NCBI GenBank assembly: GCA_963743915.1
Contig: CAVURN010000003.1
Span: 448,001-512,000, forward strand
DNA: 64,000 nucleotides
Direction: 5' to 3'
DNA from: an uncultured Actinomycetota bacterium
GTDB taxonomy: Bacteria > Actinomycetota > Actinomycetes > JAHEKZ01
Positions 51,461 to 64,000 of this stretch are shown here, piece by piece. Below the pieces are notes generated by a model, which worked only from the letters and a program-made list of their open reading frames with translations, was not told the origin of the DNA and made no database searches. A program made the position numbers and the translations under genes. Position 1 is the first letter of the stretch. Each line of letters opens with the position of its first letter.

Positions 51461-52891
51461 GTGACGAAGCCGCAGATCCCCGACGTGCTCGCCTCGCGCT
51501 ACGCCTCCGACGCCATGGCCAGGATCTGGTCGCCCGAGCACAAGGTGGTGCTCGAGCGGCAGCTGTGGCTGGCGGTGCTCGAGTCGCAGCGAGCGCTCGG
51601 TCTCGACGTCCCGCAGCAGGTGGTCGACGACTACCGCGCTGTGATCGACCAGGTCGACCTCGACTCCATAGCGGCCCGGGAGCGCGTGACGCGGCACGAC
51701 GTCAAGGCCCGGATCGAGGAGTTCTGCGCACTCGCCGGTCACGAGCAGATCCACAAGGGTATGACGTCACGCGACCTGACCGAGAACGTCGAGCAGCTGC
51801 AGGTGCGCTCGTCCCTCGAGCTCGTCCGCGCCAAGACGGTGGCCACCCTCGGTCGTCTGGCCACCTTGGCGTCCGAGCACGCAACCCTGGTCATGGCCGG
51901 TCGTTCCCACAACGTCGCGGCGCAGGCGACGACGATGGGCAAGCGGTTCGCGACCGCGGCCGACGAGATGCTGGTCGCCTACGACCGACTCGACGCCCTG
52001 ATCGCCCGCTACCCGCTGCGGGGCATCAAGGGTCCGGTGGGCACCAGCCAGGACATGCTCGACCTTTTCGATGGCGACAGCAGCAAGGTGGCCGAGCTCG
52101 AGATCGAGATCTCTCGGCATCTGGGCTTCGAGCGGGTCCTCGACAGCGTCGGTCAGGTGTACCCGCGATCGCTCGACTACGACGTCGTCACGTCCCTGGT
52201 GCAGCTCGCGGCGGCCCCGTCCTCGCTGGCCAAGACCATCCGGCTCATGGCGGGCAACGAGCTCGTCACCGAGGGGTTCAAGCCCGGGCAGGTCGGTTCG
52301 TCGGCGATGCCGCACAAGATGAACACGCGATCGTGTGAGCGCGTCAACGGGTTCGCCGTGATTTTGCGCGGCTACGCGTCCATGGTGGGTGAGCTCGCCG
52401 GCGACCAGTGGAACGAGGGTGACGTCTCGTGCTCGGTGGTGCGGCGGGTGGCTCTGGCCGATGCCTTCTTCGCTGTCGACGGACTGTTCGAGACCTTCCT
52501 CACCGTGCTCGACGAGTTCGGTGTCTTCCCCGCGGTCGTGCAGCGTGAGCTCGAGCGGTACCTGCCGTTCCTGGCCACCACCAAGGTGCTCATGGCGGCG
52601 GTCAGAGCCGGGGTGGGACGTGAGACCGCGCACGAGGTCATCAAGGAGCACGCAGTCGCGGTGGCACTGGAGATGCGCGAGAAAGGTGTCGAGGGCAACG
52701 ACCTGCTGGCGCGGCTGGCGTCCGATGAGCGCCTGGGCCTGACGCAGGCCGACCTTGACGGTCTGGTCGCCGAGCCTTTGTCGTTCACGGGCACGGCCAC
52801 CGATCAGATCGGTGCCGTCGCGCTCCGCGTGGCCGAGGTCGTCAGCAGCTACCCCGATGATGCGAAGTACCGCCCCGGAGACATCCTGTGA
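51461..52891 (+). CDS. purB: Adenylosuccinate lyase
   Basis: [25 protein letters not shown] signature. Confidence 0.97.
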   Translation: MTKPQIPDVLASRYASDAMARIWSPEHKVVLERQLWLAVLESQRALGLDVPQQVVDDYRAVIDQVDLDSIAARERVTRHDVKARIEEFCALAGHEQIHKGMTSRDLTENVEQLQVRSSLELVRAKTVATLGRLATLASEHATLVMAGRSHNVAAQATTMGKRFATAADEMLVAYDRLDALIARYPLRGIKGPVGTSQDMLDLFDGDSSKVAELEIEISRHLGFERVLDSVGQVYPRSLDYDVVTSLVQLAAAPSSLAKTIRLMAGNELVTEGFKPGQVGSSAMPHKMNTRSCERVNGFAVILRGYASMVGELAGDQWNEGDVSCSVVRRVALADAFFAVDGLFETFLTVLDEFGVFPAVVQRELERYLPFLATTKVLMAAVRAGVGRETAHEVIKEHAVAVALEMREKGVEGNDLLARLASDERLGLTQADLDGLVAEPLSFTGTATDQIGAVALRVAEVVSSYPDDAKYRPGDIL

Positions 52892-53781
52892 CGGCGATGG
52901 CCAACGTGCCGCCGGCGCCCGCGCTGCCCGGGGTCACCCACGTCTACAGCGGCAAGGTGCGCGATCTCTACGAGTATCCCGACGGACGGATGCTCTTCGT
53001 CGCCAGTGACCGCATGTCTGCCTATGACTGGGTGCTCCCGACGACGATCCCGGACAAGGGTCGTGTCCTCACCGCCCTGACGGTGTGGTGGTTCGAGCAG
53101 CTGGCCGAGATCGTGCCGAACCACCTGCTGTCGATGGACGTCCCCGACGCCGTCGCCGGACGCGCGATGGTCACGCAACGCCTGGAGATGTTCCCGGTGG
53201 AGTGCGTGGCGCGTGGGTACCTGGCCGGCTCAGGCCTGTCGGACTACGACGCCACCGGGTCGGTCTGCGGCAACCCGCTGCCCGCTGGTCTCGTCGACGG
53301 GTCCCGCCTGCCGACCGCGATCTTCACACCTGCGACGAAGGCCGAGCTCGGTGAGCACGACGAGAACGTCGACTTCGAGACCGTCGTGAAGACGGTCGGC
53401 GCTGACGACGCCGAGGCGCTCCGTGCGCTGACGCTGCGGGTGTACGCGCGCGCCGAGGAGATCGCGCGCGAACGGGGGATCGTCGTGGCCGACACCAAGT
53501 TCGAGTTCGGACGCCATGCGGCGTCCGGGAAGATCGTGCTCGCCGACGAGGTGCTCACCCCCGACTCTTCCCGGTTCTGGCCCGCCGACCAGTGGGAGCC
53601 CGGACACCCGCAGCCGTCCTTCGACAAGCAGTTCGTGCGTGACTGGCTCACCTCACCCGCGTCCGGCTGGGACCGCCACTCGGGTGAGGCTCCGCCTCCG
53701 CTGCCCGAGGACGTCGTGGAGCAGACCCGGGCGAAGTACGTCGAGGCCTACGAGCGTCTCACCGGCCGTCACTGGTCCTGA
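52888..53781 (+). CDS. purC: SAICAR synthase
   Basis: [35 protein letters not shown]. Confidence 0.98.
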   Translation: MTAMANVPPAPALPGVTHVYSGKVRDLYEYPDGRMLFVASDRMSAYDWVLPTTIPDKGRVLTALTVWWFEQLAEIVPNHLLSMDVPDAVAGRAMVTQRLEMFPVECVARGYLAGSGLSDYDATGSVCGNPLPAGLVDGSRLPTAIFTPATKAELGEHDENVDFETVVKTVGADDAEALRALTLRVYARAEEIARERGIVVADTKFEFGRHAASGKIVLADEVLTPDSSRFWPADQWEPGHPQPSFDKQFVRDWLTSPASGWDRHSGEAPPPLPEDVVEQTRAKYVEAYERLTGRHWS

Positions 53782-53869
53782 GAAGGACATCCCGAGGGCT
53801 ACGCCGACCTCCTTCAAGCTGCGAACACTCCTCGTTGCGCTTGCGGTCAGACGGTCCTGGACACACGCA

Positions 53870-54727
53870 TCACGGGGTGGCGAGAAATGTGCGTAGTCTG
53901 GCGATCGTGTCGCCGCGGAAGCTGAGCATGAAGCCGTGCCCCGCACCCTCCAGGATCTCCAACTCGGCCGTGGGGTTCTGCTCGGCGTGGTAGCGAGCGT
54001 GGTCGACGGGCACGGTCGTGTCCTCGCTGCCGTGCATGATCAACGCCGAGACGTCGACACTGGCGTCGGGACCCTCGTGCAGCAACGCCTGGAGTTGGCG
54101 CATGTCATTGCGCACGCCCTCGAGCGCGATAGGGGCAACGAGGTGGTCGCCGAGGTAGCTGCGGATGTCCGCCCGCAGGGATGGGTCCGCGTTGTACCGG
54201 TCCATCTCAGTTGGACTCAGTAGCTCCGGGAGGATCGTGCGTGCGAACTTCTCGTCGGCATGGGCTCGACCGTAAGCGGTGAGCTCAGTCGCAGCCTCCT
54301 GCTCCAGCGTCGCCGGATCGAACTCCGACTCCGCCTCGATCCCGTGCGAGGGCAGTCCTCGAGCGACGGCGCACCACAGGACGAGCCGGCGGCACCGGCT
54401 TGAGTGGTCGCGGGCGGCGAGCAAGGCGATGGGTCCGCTGGCGGACATGCCGATGACGGTGCAGTCCGCCACGCCGATCGCATCGAGCAGGCCGACGTAC
54501 ATCGACGCTTGCTCGTGGAACGTCGCCGCCGTCGCCAGCGGTGTTTGCCCGTACCCAGGACGTGACACCGAGATCACTTGGTGGGACGGAAGCGCCGCGG
54601 CCAGCCACGTGTTGAGGCGATAGCTCCCCCCGGGACCGCAACCGTGCGCGACCAAGACGGTCGGGCCCTCACCAGAACGCCAGATCTCGAGCGGTCCGCC
54701 AGGGAGCTCGAGCATCACGTGGGTCAT
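53870..54727 (-). CDS. Alpha/beta hydrolase
   Basis: VAHG, SRPGYG, GMSASG, HGSEDTTVP, GAGH. Confidence 0.85.
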   Translation of the reverse strand: MTHVMLELPGGPLEIWRSGEGPTVLVAHGCGPGGSYRLNTWLAAALPSHQVISVSRPGYGQTPLATAATFHEQASMYVGLLDAIGVADCTVIGMSASGPIALLAARDHSSRCRRLVLWCAVARGLPSHGIEAESEFDPATLEQEAATELTAYGRAHADEKFARTILPELLSPTEMDRYNADPSLRADIRSYLGDHLVAPIALEGVRNDMRQLQALLHEGPDASVDVSALIMHGSEDTTVPVDHARYHAEQNPTAELEILEGAGHGFMLSFRGDTIARLRTFLATP

Positions 54728-54898
54728 GCACACGCGTTCCTGGGCTCATCTGATCTCGGCGCGACTGGGAGGCCAGGTCTGTTCGATGAGATCCTCGCCC
54801 CGCGGCTTCATGTCCGCCATCATGACGGATCGGGCTGCACCGGGCTAGACGTTGCGGGCGATGCCGATGATGCTGTACCCGCCCCGTACCCTGGACGC

Positions 54899-55867
54899 AT
54901 GACATGGATGGTCACCGGCGGTGCCGGCTACATCGGGGCGCACATCGTCAAGTCGTTGCAGGAGTCCGGGTACGGCGTGGTCGCCTTTGACGACCTGTCC
55001 ACCGGTGAGGCCCGCAAGATCCCCGCAGACGTGCCGCTCGTCGAAGCGTCCGTGCTGGACGCGGCTGCCGTCGAGAAGGCGCTCCGCGAGCACGAGGTCA
55101 CCGGCGTCGTGCACATGGCCGCCAAGAAGGCGGTGGGTGAGTCCGTCGAGCGACCGCTGTACTACTACCGCGAGAACGTCGACGGTCTGCTCAGCCTGCT
55201 CGAGGCCATGGACACGGCGGGCGTCAAGAAGATGGTCTACAGCTCGTCAGCCGCCACCTTCGGCATGCCCGACAGCGACGATCCGCTCACCGAGGACTAC
55301 CTCTGCCGCCCGATCAACCCGTACGGCGAGACCAAGCTGATCGGCGAGTGGCTGATGCGCGACGTCGCGGCCTCGCTCGGTCTGGACTGGGTGTCGTTGC
55401 GCTACTTCAACGTCGCAGGCGCGGGCGCCCCCGAGCTCGGTGACACCGGTGTCTTCAACCTGATCCCGATGGTGTTCCGTGCGCTGTCCACCGGCAAGAA
55501 CCCGCAGGTCTTCGGCTCCGACTACCCGACGCCCGACGGTTCCTGCATCCGCGACTACATCCACGTCACCGACCTCGCCGACGCCCATGTCGCGTCGGTC
55601 AAGCGCCTCGAGCAGGGGCCGGCGGCGGAGGTCTACAACGTCGGACGCGGCGAGGGCGTCTCGGTGATCGAGGTGATGGACGCCGTGCGTGCGGCCACCG
55701 GTATCGACTTCACCCACGACCTGGTCGACCGCAGGCCGGGCGACCCGGCGCGCCTCGTGGCGTCCGCCGACCGGATCCGCAGCGATCTCGGCTGGACGGC
55801 ACGGTACGACCTGCCGGCGATGGTGAGCAGCGCCTGGGAGGCATGGCAGGCCCACCCGCCCGCCTGA
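54899..55867 (+). CDS. galE: UDP-glucose 4-epimerase
   Basis: TGGAGYIG, KKAVGES, YGETK, LRYFN, CIRDYIHV. Confidence 0.93.
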   Translation: MTWMVTGGAGYIGAHIVKSLQESGYGVVAFDDLSTGEARKIPADVPLVEASVLDAAAVEKALREHEVTGVVHMAAKKAVGESVERPLYYYRENVDGLLSLLEAMDTAGVKKMVYSSSAATFGMPDSDDPLTEDYLCRPINPYGETKLIGEWLMRDVAASLGLDWVSLRYFNVAGAGAPELGDTGVFNLIPMVFRALSTGKNPQVFGSDYPTPDGSCIRDYIHVTDLADAHVASVKRLEQGPAAEVYNVGRGEGVSVIEVMDAVRAATGIDFTHDLVDRRPGDPARLVASADRIRSDLGWTARYDLPAMVSSAWEAWQAHPPA

Positions 55868-55886
55868 TTCGCTGCCGGCGTGCGGC

Positions 55887-56531
55887 TCAGCGACGCTGCA
55901 GCATGAAGTGCACGGCGGCCGATGAGCTGGTCACCAGGTCGATGGTGAATGCGTCCTCCAGCTCGGTGAGGTCTTCGAAGAGCCGCTCGCCGCGTCCGAG
56001 CAGCACGGGGGCGACAGCGAGGTGCATCTCGTCGACGAGTCCGGCCTGTAGGTACTGGCGCACGGTGGATGCGCCACCGCCGATCCGGACCGCCTGCCCG
56101 CCGGACGCCGAAACCGCCCGTTCGAGTGCCGCCTCGGTTCCGTCGGTGACGAAGTGAAAGGTGGTGCCACCCTGCATCTCGAGCGACTCCCGTGGGTGAT
56201 GCGTGAGGACGAACACGGGGTGATGGTAGGGCGGCTCCTCACCCCACCAGCCGGTCCAGCTCTCGTCACCCCAGTCACCGCGGATGGGTCCGAACATGTT
56301 CCGCCCGATGATGTGCGCCCCGACTCCGTCGACGCCGCGCGCGACCAGATCGTCCTCCGGCCCGGTCACGCCGCCCTCCATGCCGTGCACCTGGCGGAAC
56401 GTGCGGGTGGCGAAGACCCAGTCGTGGAGGCGTTCGCCGCCGATGCCCAGCGGATGCTCCTCGCACTGGCACGGCCCAGCGGCGAAGCCGTCCAGGGACA
56501 CCGAGAGACTGTTGACCAGGACCTTGGACAT
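55887..56531 (-). CDS. Dihydrofolate reductase family (RibD C-terminal) protein
   Basis: SVSLDGF, IIGRNMF, VFVLTH, IGGGAS, PVLLGRGERLF. Confidence 0.9.
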   Translation of the reverse strand: MSKVLVNSLSVSLDGFAAGPCQCEEHPLGIGGERLHDWVFATRTFRQVHGMEGGVTGPEDDLVARGVDGVGAHIIGRNMFGPIRGDWGDESWTGWWGEEPPYHHPVFVLTHHPRESLEMQGGTTFHFVTDGTEAALERAVSASGGQAVRIGGGASTVRQYLQAGLVDEMHLAVAPVLLGRGERLFEDLTELEDAFTIDLVTSSSAAVHFMLQRR

Positions 56532-56564
56532 GAGCGCTCCTTCGCAGCGAACCGTCCCCCCTTT

Positions 56565-56622
56565 CTACGCCAGACCGCCACGATGCCCCGTCCTGCGGCG
56601 TGACCGCGGCGGTCTGGCGTAG
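56565..56622. repeat. 58-bp palindromic element, copy 5
   Basis: CTACGCCAGACCGCCACGATGCCCCGTCCTGCGGCGTGACCGCGGCGGTCTGGCGTAG flanked by TTT/AAA. Confidence 0.92.
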
Positions 56623-56711
56623 AAATCGAGGGGGTCTGCCGGGTTCGGACGCCGCCCGTCCCGCCGATAGACTGAGGGCCTCATCCCGCCCCCGAGCAGC
56701 CGGAGAAGCCC

Positions 56712-56951
56712 GTGGCTCGCGTCGTCGTCGACGTCATGCTCAAGCCGGAGATCCTCGACCCGCAAGGTCAGGCTGTCCTGGGGGCGCTCAGCCGCCTCGG
56801 GCACTCCGACATCGCCAGCGTCCGTCAGGGAAAGCGCTTCGAGCTCGAGCTCACCGCTGCCCCCGACGCCGCCACTCTCGACGAGATCGCCAGCACCCTG
56901 CTGGCGAACACGGTCATCGAGGACTACGCGATCCACGTCGAGGAGTCCTGA
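56712..56951 (+). CDS. purS: FGAM synthase subunit PurS
   Basis: [27 protein letters not shown]. Confidence 0.96.
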   Translation: MARVVVDVMLKPEILDPQGQAVLGALSRLGHSDIASVRQGKRFELELTAAPDAATLDEIASTLLANTVIEDYAIHVEES

Positions 56952-57624
56952 TGACGGCCCGGATCGGCGTCGTCACGTTCCCGGGCTCCCTCGACGACCA
57001 GGACGCGGCACGTGCGGTGCGCATCGCCGGCGCCGAGTCGGTCTCCCTCTGGCACGGGGACGCCGACCTCAGGGGCGTCGACGCCGTCATCCTGCCCGGC
57101 GGATTCTCCTACGGCGACTACCTGCGCTGCGGTGCGATCGCCCGGTTCGCCCCGGTGATGCAGAACGTCATCGACGCCGCGCGCGGCGGGCTCCCGGTGC
57201 TCGGCATCTGCAACGGATTCCAGGTGCTGTGCGAGTCGCACCTGCTGCCCGGTGCACTGATCCGCAACGACGTCCGCAAGTTCGTCTGCCGTGACCAGTG
57301 GCTGCGCGTCGAGAACGCGAACACCTCGTGGACGTCGGAGTACGACGAGGGTCAGGAGATCCTGGTACCCCTCAAGAACGGTGAGGGAGGTTTCGTCGCC
57401 GACCAGCGCACCCTCGACGAGCTCGAGGGAGAGGGTCGCGTCGTGTTCCGCTACCTGCACGACAATCCCAACGGCTCCTACCGGGACATCGCCGGCATCA
57501 CCAACGACCGCGGCAACGTGGTCGGCCTGATGCCACATCCGGAGCACGCTGTCGAGAGTCTGACCGGCCCGTCCCTGGACGGTCTCGGCTTCTTCGCCTC
57601 CGTCATCAACCAGCTGGTGGACGC

Positions 57625-57628
<4 letters not shown>
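56951..57628 (+). CDS. purQ: FGAM synthase subunit PurQ
   Basis: [28 protein letters not shown]. Confidence 0.97.
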
Positions 57629-59898
<2,270 letters not shown>

Positions 59899-59899
<1 letters not shown>

Positions 59900-60660
59900 T
59901 GGCGGGCATCGACGCCGCCAAGGTGGCTGCGGCCTACCTCGACCAGTGGGCGTCGACGCGTGAGTGGTGCGACACGGTCGACGACTGGTCGGCACCAAGT
60001 GCCGTGGACGGCTGGTCTGTGCGGGACCTCGTCGCACATCTCGGGCTGGTCGCCGACTCCATCAGGGCGGCGGCGGACGTCATCAGCGACGAACCGCCGC
60101 TGCGACTCGGCGACTACCTCGCGACGTATGTCGAAGGTGCGGCGTCCATCGACGAGCGTACGAGAGCCGAGGGCGCGCGTGAGGGCGTCCTGTTCACGGT
60201 GGACGCGACCGCCGTGCAGGCCGAGGCTGCCATCGCCGGCGTCCAGGGAAACCCGGTCGTGGCTGCGCGCCGTGGACCCATTCGATGGGTCGACTTCCTG
60301 CGGACGCGGTGCATCGAGCTGACCGTGCACACCGACGACCTCGCGCGGTCGGTCGTCGGCGAGGGGCCGCCCCAGTCGCGACCGTGCCTGCAGGTGTCGA
60401 CGCGTGCACTCGCCGATGTCCTCGGCTGGCGGGCCCGCGGCAACAGCGTCGAGGTGCGGGTGCCGCCGTTCGCCGCCGTGCAGTGCGTCCCTGGACCGCG
60501 ACACACCCGAGGGACGCCACCCGCTGTCGTCGAGATGGACCCGCTGACGTTCTGTCGGCTGGCGGCGGGCCGGATGAGCTGGGACGTCGCCGCGGCGTCC
60601 GGCGCCCTGACGACCTCAGGGCTGCGCACCGATCTGACGCCCTACCTCCCCCTCCTCTGA
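59899..60660 (+). CDS. MDMPI-like N-terminal domain plus bacterial SCP domain protein
   Basis: GWSVRDLVAHL, ELTVHTDDL, SVEVRVPPFAAVQC..GPRHTRGTPP; typical purL neighbour. Confidence 0.85.
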
Positions 60661-60742
60661 GAACGACGCATTCACCCGCTCGGGTGGATCAGGATCCACG
60701 TTCATCCCGTGGACGAAGCCCCGCACGTGCCACGCTGCTCGC

Positions 60743-61394
60743 ATGACGTCGGGCACGGCAGCCTCGGCAACACCTGGGCACGTCGGTGGGGCAGCGTGCT
60801 CGACCGGTGATATCGATCATCGGGACGATCCTGGCGGTCGCTGCTCGGTCTTCCTCCTGGCGGCGCACGGCCTCGCTCGCCGAGACTCGGGGGTGAGGAG
60901 TCGACCGGGTGGTACTGGCTGGTCGCGCTCGGGATTCGCGGCGGCTGGGATGCGGCGGGGCTGGTCCTCACCGTCGAGGGTGCCCTCAGTTGCCGTACCT
61001 GCCTACGGCTGGTGGCACTGTTGCCGATGCTCGCCGTTGGGGTTGCGTCAGTCCGTGGCTGCATGGCTCCCGCTGTGGTCGTGGCGGCGGCGGACGTGTC
61101 GCTGATGATGAGTCACTGGGCATGGTCGCGCCGGGTGCGGCTTCGTGCGCTGGCGGCGTCGCGATGGCCGCGCTGTCCTGGCGATCGTCATCATGCCGCT
61201 GGACAAGGAGCTCAGCTGCGAGAACCCCGGCGACCCGCCTGAGACGTGCGACGTCACGTACGCGAACGTGCTGGGGTGGGGCTACTACGAGGAGCGACGA
61301 CCGCGACCTGGTCGGCTGGATCCTGGTGGCGCTGCTCGGAGGTCTGCTCGTGGCACTGCCGGTAGCGCGGGACGAGGAGGACGCGCTGGTCTGA
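60743..61394 (+). CDS. Hypothetical membrane protein, probably frameshifted
   Basis: Hydrophobic segments scattered over three frames, ending at TGA 61394. Confidence 0.35.
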
Positions 61395-61599
61395 GCGATG
61401 GGGACGGCGATCCCTGCAATCAACGGGAGCGGTGTCACAGGGCACCCGAGGGGGCACCCAAAGAGGGGGTACGGGGAGTAGCCCACCTGTGGCTCACCGT
61501 GACGGAGTGATAACAATTCGTGGTCGAAGTGTCTGGCCGCGTGCTCCCCCTCGCGCAGGGCAATAGTGTGCGACCACCCTTCGTTGGAGATCGATAACC

Positions 61600-62678
61600 A
61601 TGCCGGAAACCACCGAGGTTTCCCGCGGCTCTGAGACGCCCGCGGCCACTGCCGCCGTCACGCTTCGCGGCCTGCACAAGGCGTTCGGTGACGTCATCGC
61701 CGTGGACGGCGTCGACCTCGACATCTACGACGGCGAGTTCCTCACCCTGCTCGGCCCCTCGGGTTCCGGCAAGACCACGGTGCTGCGGATGATCGCCGGC
61801 TTCGAGCTGCCGACGGCCGGCACCATCGAGCTCTCCGGTGCCGACGTCACCAGCCGCGCACCCTTCGAGCGGGACGTCAACACCGTGTTCCAGGACTACG
61901 CGCTGTTCCCGCACATGTCGGTGCTGCAGAACGTCGAGTACGGCCTGCGGGTCAAGAAGGTGGCCAAGGACGACCGACGCCGTCGCGCGCTCGAGGCCCT
62001 CGCCAGCGTGCAGCTCGCCGGCTTCGAGGACCGCAAGCCGGCTCAGATGTCCGGCGGCCAGCGGCAGCGGGTCGCGCTGGCCCGGGCACTGGTCAACCGC
62101 CCCCGCGTGCTGCTGCTCGACGAGCCGCTCGGTGCCCTCGACCTCAAGCTGCGCGAGCAGATGCAGGTCGAGCTGAAGCAGCTGCAGCGCCAGGTCGGCA
62201 TCACCTTCGTCTTCGTCACGCACGACCAGGAAGAGGCGCTGACGATGTCGGACCGCATCGCGGTCTTCAACTCCGGGCGCATCGAGCAGGTGGGTACCCC
62301 AGCCGAGGTCTACGAGCGCCCGGCGACGCCGTTCGTCGCGGGGTTCGTCGGCACCTCGAACCTGCTGCAGGGGGCCGCCGCCGAGCAGGTCCTCGGCAAC
62401 GCGGGCACCTGTCAGCGTGCGTCCCGAGAAGATCCGGATCGCCAGCGCACTGGAGCGCGCTGGTGAAGGTGAGCACTCGGCGGCCGGCGACGTGCGTGAG
62501 GTCGTCTACGTCGGCGCGGCGACGCGGTTCGTCGTCGACCTGGAGGTCGGTGGGCTACCTCGTCGCGCTGCAGCAGAACTTGCAGACCTCCTCGATGGAG
62601 GTCATGGGGATGCGAGGGCGACACGTTCGTCTCGTGTGGTCGCGAGATCATGAGTTTCGCGTGGCCGACGCCACGTGA
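61600..62678 (+). CDS. Polyamine-type ABC transporter ATP-binding protein (PotA-like; 3' frameshifts)
   Basis: [33 protein letters not shown]; TOBE-like tail split over frames. Confidence 0.9.
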
Positions 62679-62703
62679 TCACCAGGATGATTGGGAGGCT
62701 GGG

Positions 62704-63906
62704 ATGCAGCGGAACCGTCTGCTGAGAACTGTCGCCATGCTCGGTGTCGCGGGGCTGCTGGTGGCAGCGTGCGGCGACGACTCGGGCGGGGACGGGACGG
62801 ACACGAGCGGGTCGAATGTGCCTGACGTTCCGATGGCGTCAGAGCTGGGTGAGGGTGAGGGTCAGATCAACATCCTCGCGTGGCCCGGATACGCCGAGGA
62901 CGGCACAACCTACAAGAAGGTCGACTGGGTGACGCCGTTCGAGGAAGCCACTGGATGCCAGGCCAACGTCCAGGTCGCGAACACGTCCGACGAGATGTTC
63001 GAGAAGATGGGGACGGGCCAGTTCGACGTGGTTTCGGCCTCGGGAGACTCGTCGCTCCGCATGATCTACGCCGGCAAGGTGGCGCCGGTGAACACCGAGC
63101 TGCTCACGAACTACGCCGACATCGCCGACTTCCAGAAGGACCAGGCGTGGAACTCGGTCGACGGGCAGATGTACGGGATTCCCCACGGCTGGGGGGCCAA
63201 CATGCTGCAGTGGCGCACCGACAAGGTGAAGCCGGCGCCTGACTCGTGGAGCGTGGTGTGGGAGGCCAACTCGCCCTACAAGGGCAAGATCGGGGCGTAC
63301 GACTCCCCGACCTACATCGCGGATGCGGCGGTGTACCTCATGGCGACCGAGCCTGACCTCGGGATCACCAACCCGTACGCGCTGGACCAGGAGCAGTTCG
63401 ACGCCGCGATCGCACTGCTGGAGCAGCAGAAGCCGAACCTCGGTGGCTACTGGGCCAGCTACGTCGACAACCAGCAGAACTTCGAGAGCGGCACGTGGGT
63501 GCTCGGTACCTCGTGGCAGATCATCACCAACCTCGCTCAGGCGAATGGCGCCCCGGTCGACGCCGTCCTTCCGACCGAAGGGTCGACCGGCTGGGCGGAC
63601 ACCTGGATGATCGACTCGGAGTCTCCCAACCCCAACTGCGCCTACGAGTGGCTGAACTGGATCACGAACCCCGACATCCAGGCTCAGGTCGCTGAGTGGT
63701 TCGGTGAGGCTCCTGCCAACCTCGCGGCGTGCGACGAGACGGCAGTCAAGAACCACTGCGACGTGTTCCACGCTGCCGACGAGGCGTACTTCGACCAGAT
63801 CTGGTTCTGGACGACGCCTCAGACCGACTGCCTCGACGGACGTGGCGACGAGTGCCTGGGGTATGCCGACTGGGTACAGGGCTGGAACTCGCTGAAGAAC
63901 AGCTGA
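62704..63906 (+). CDS. Polyamine-type ABC transporter substrate-binding lipoprotein
   Basis: Lipobox VAAC; AWPGY, FEEATGC, PHGWG, EGSTGWADTW. Confidence 0.9.
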   Translation: MQRNRLLRTVAMLGVAGLLVAACGDDSGGDGTDTSGSNVPDVPMASELGEGEGQINILAWPGYAEDGTTYKKVDWVTPFEEATGCQANVQVANTSDEMFEKMGTGQFDVVSASGDSSLRMIYAGKVAPVNTELLTNYADIADFQKDQAWNSVDGQMYGIPHGWGANMLQWRTDKVKPAPDSWSVVWEANSPYKGKIGAYDSPTYIADAAVYLMATEPDLGITNPYALDQEQFDAAIALLEQQKPNLGGYWASYVDNQQNFESGTWVLGTSWQIITNLAQANGAPVDAVLPTEGSTGWADTWMIDSESPNPNCAYEWLNWITNPDIQAQVAEWFGEAPANLAACDETAVKNHCDVFHAADEAYFDQIWFWTTPQTDCLDGRGDECLGYADWVQGWNSLKNS

Positions 63907-63911
63907 TCGCT

Positions 63912-63956
63912 GCTGTCGATGGGGTGGGCGGACAACCCGCCCACCCCATCGACAGC
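63912..63956 (+). terminator. Perfect 20-bp hairpin after the SBP gene (mRNA stabiliser or partial terminator)
   Basis: GCTGTCGATGGGGTGGGCGG-acaac-CCGCCCACCCCATCGACAGC. Confidence 0.7.
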
Positions 63957-63985
63957 GCAGCCCACGCAGGAGAGGGGACCAGACG

Positions 63986-64000
63986 GTGACGGCGACGACA
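63986..64000 (+). CDS. Probable start of the ABC permease (truncated by the window)
   Basis: GAGGGG RBS then GTG; position in the operon only. Confidence 0.35.

Noticed and set aside
61437-61460. Short direct repeat GGGCACCC x2 upstream of the ABC operon
   Set aside because: Too short and GC-rich to distinguish from chance

Overview
High-GC actinomycete chromosomal segment: tRNA-Gly, dcd, an Fe-S oxidoreductase, the dnaK-grpE-dnaJ-hspR-clpB heat-shock cluster, a SigB/SigF-type general-stress region, pyrE and the purA/D/B/C/S/Q/L genes, ending in a polyamine-type ABC transporter. Many genes, including purD and purL, are split by apparent single-base indels, most likely assembly errors. The strongest unexplained signal is a 58-bp imperfect palindromic element (CTAC...GTAG) present five times between genes. 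Two copies form inverted terminal repeats around an orphan AbiEi-HTH/Vsr(DUF559)-like nuclease gene that has a DnaA-box match upstream. This suggests a REP/MITE-like mobile system with a non-classical mobiliser. Other observations: a tandem pair of paralogous ~50-aa peptides, seven GTTT-N15/16-GGG(T/C/A)A stress-sigma promoter matches, a perfect CRP-type site plus a HAIR operator upstream of dnaK, a symmetric bidirectional leaderless promoter, and an ATP-grasp/C45 peptidase pair. All calls come from reading the sequence by eye; no database searches were run.
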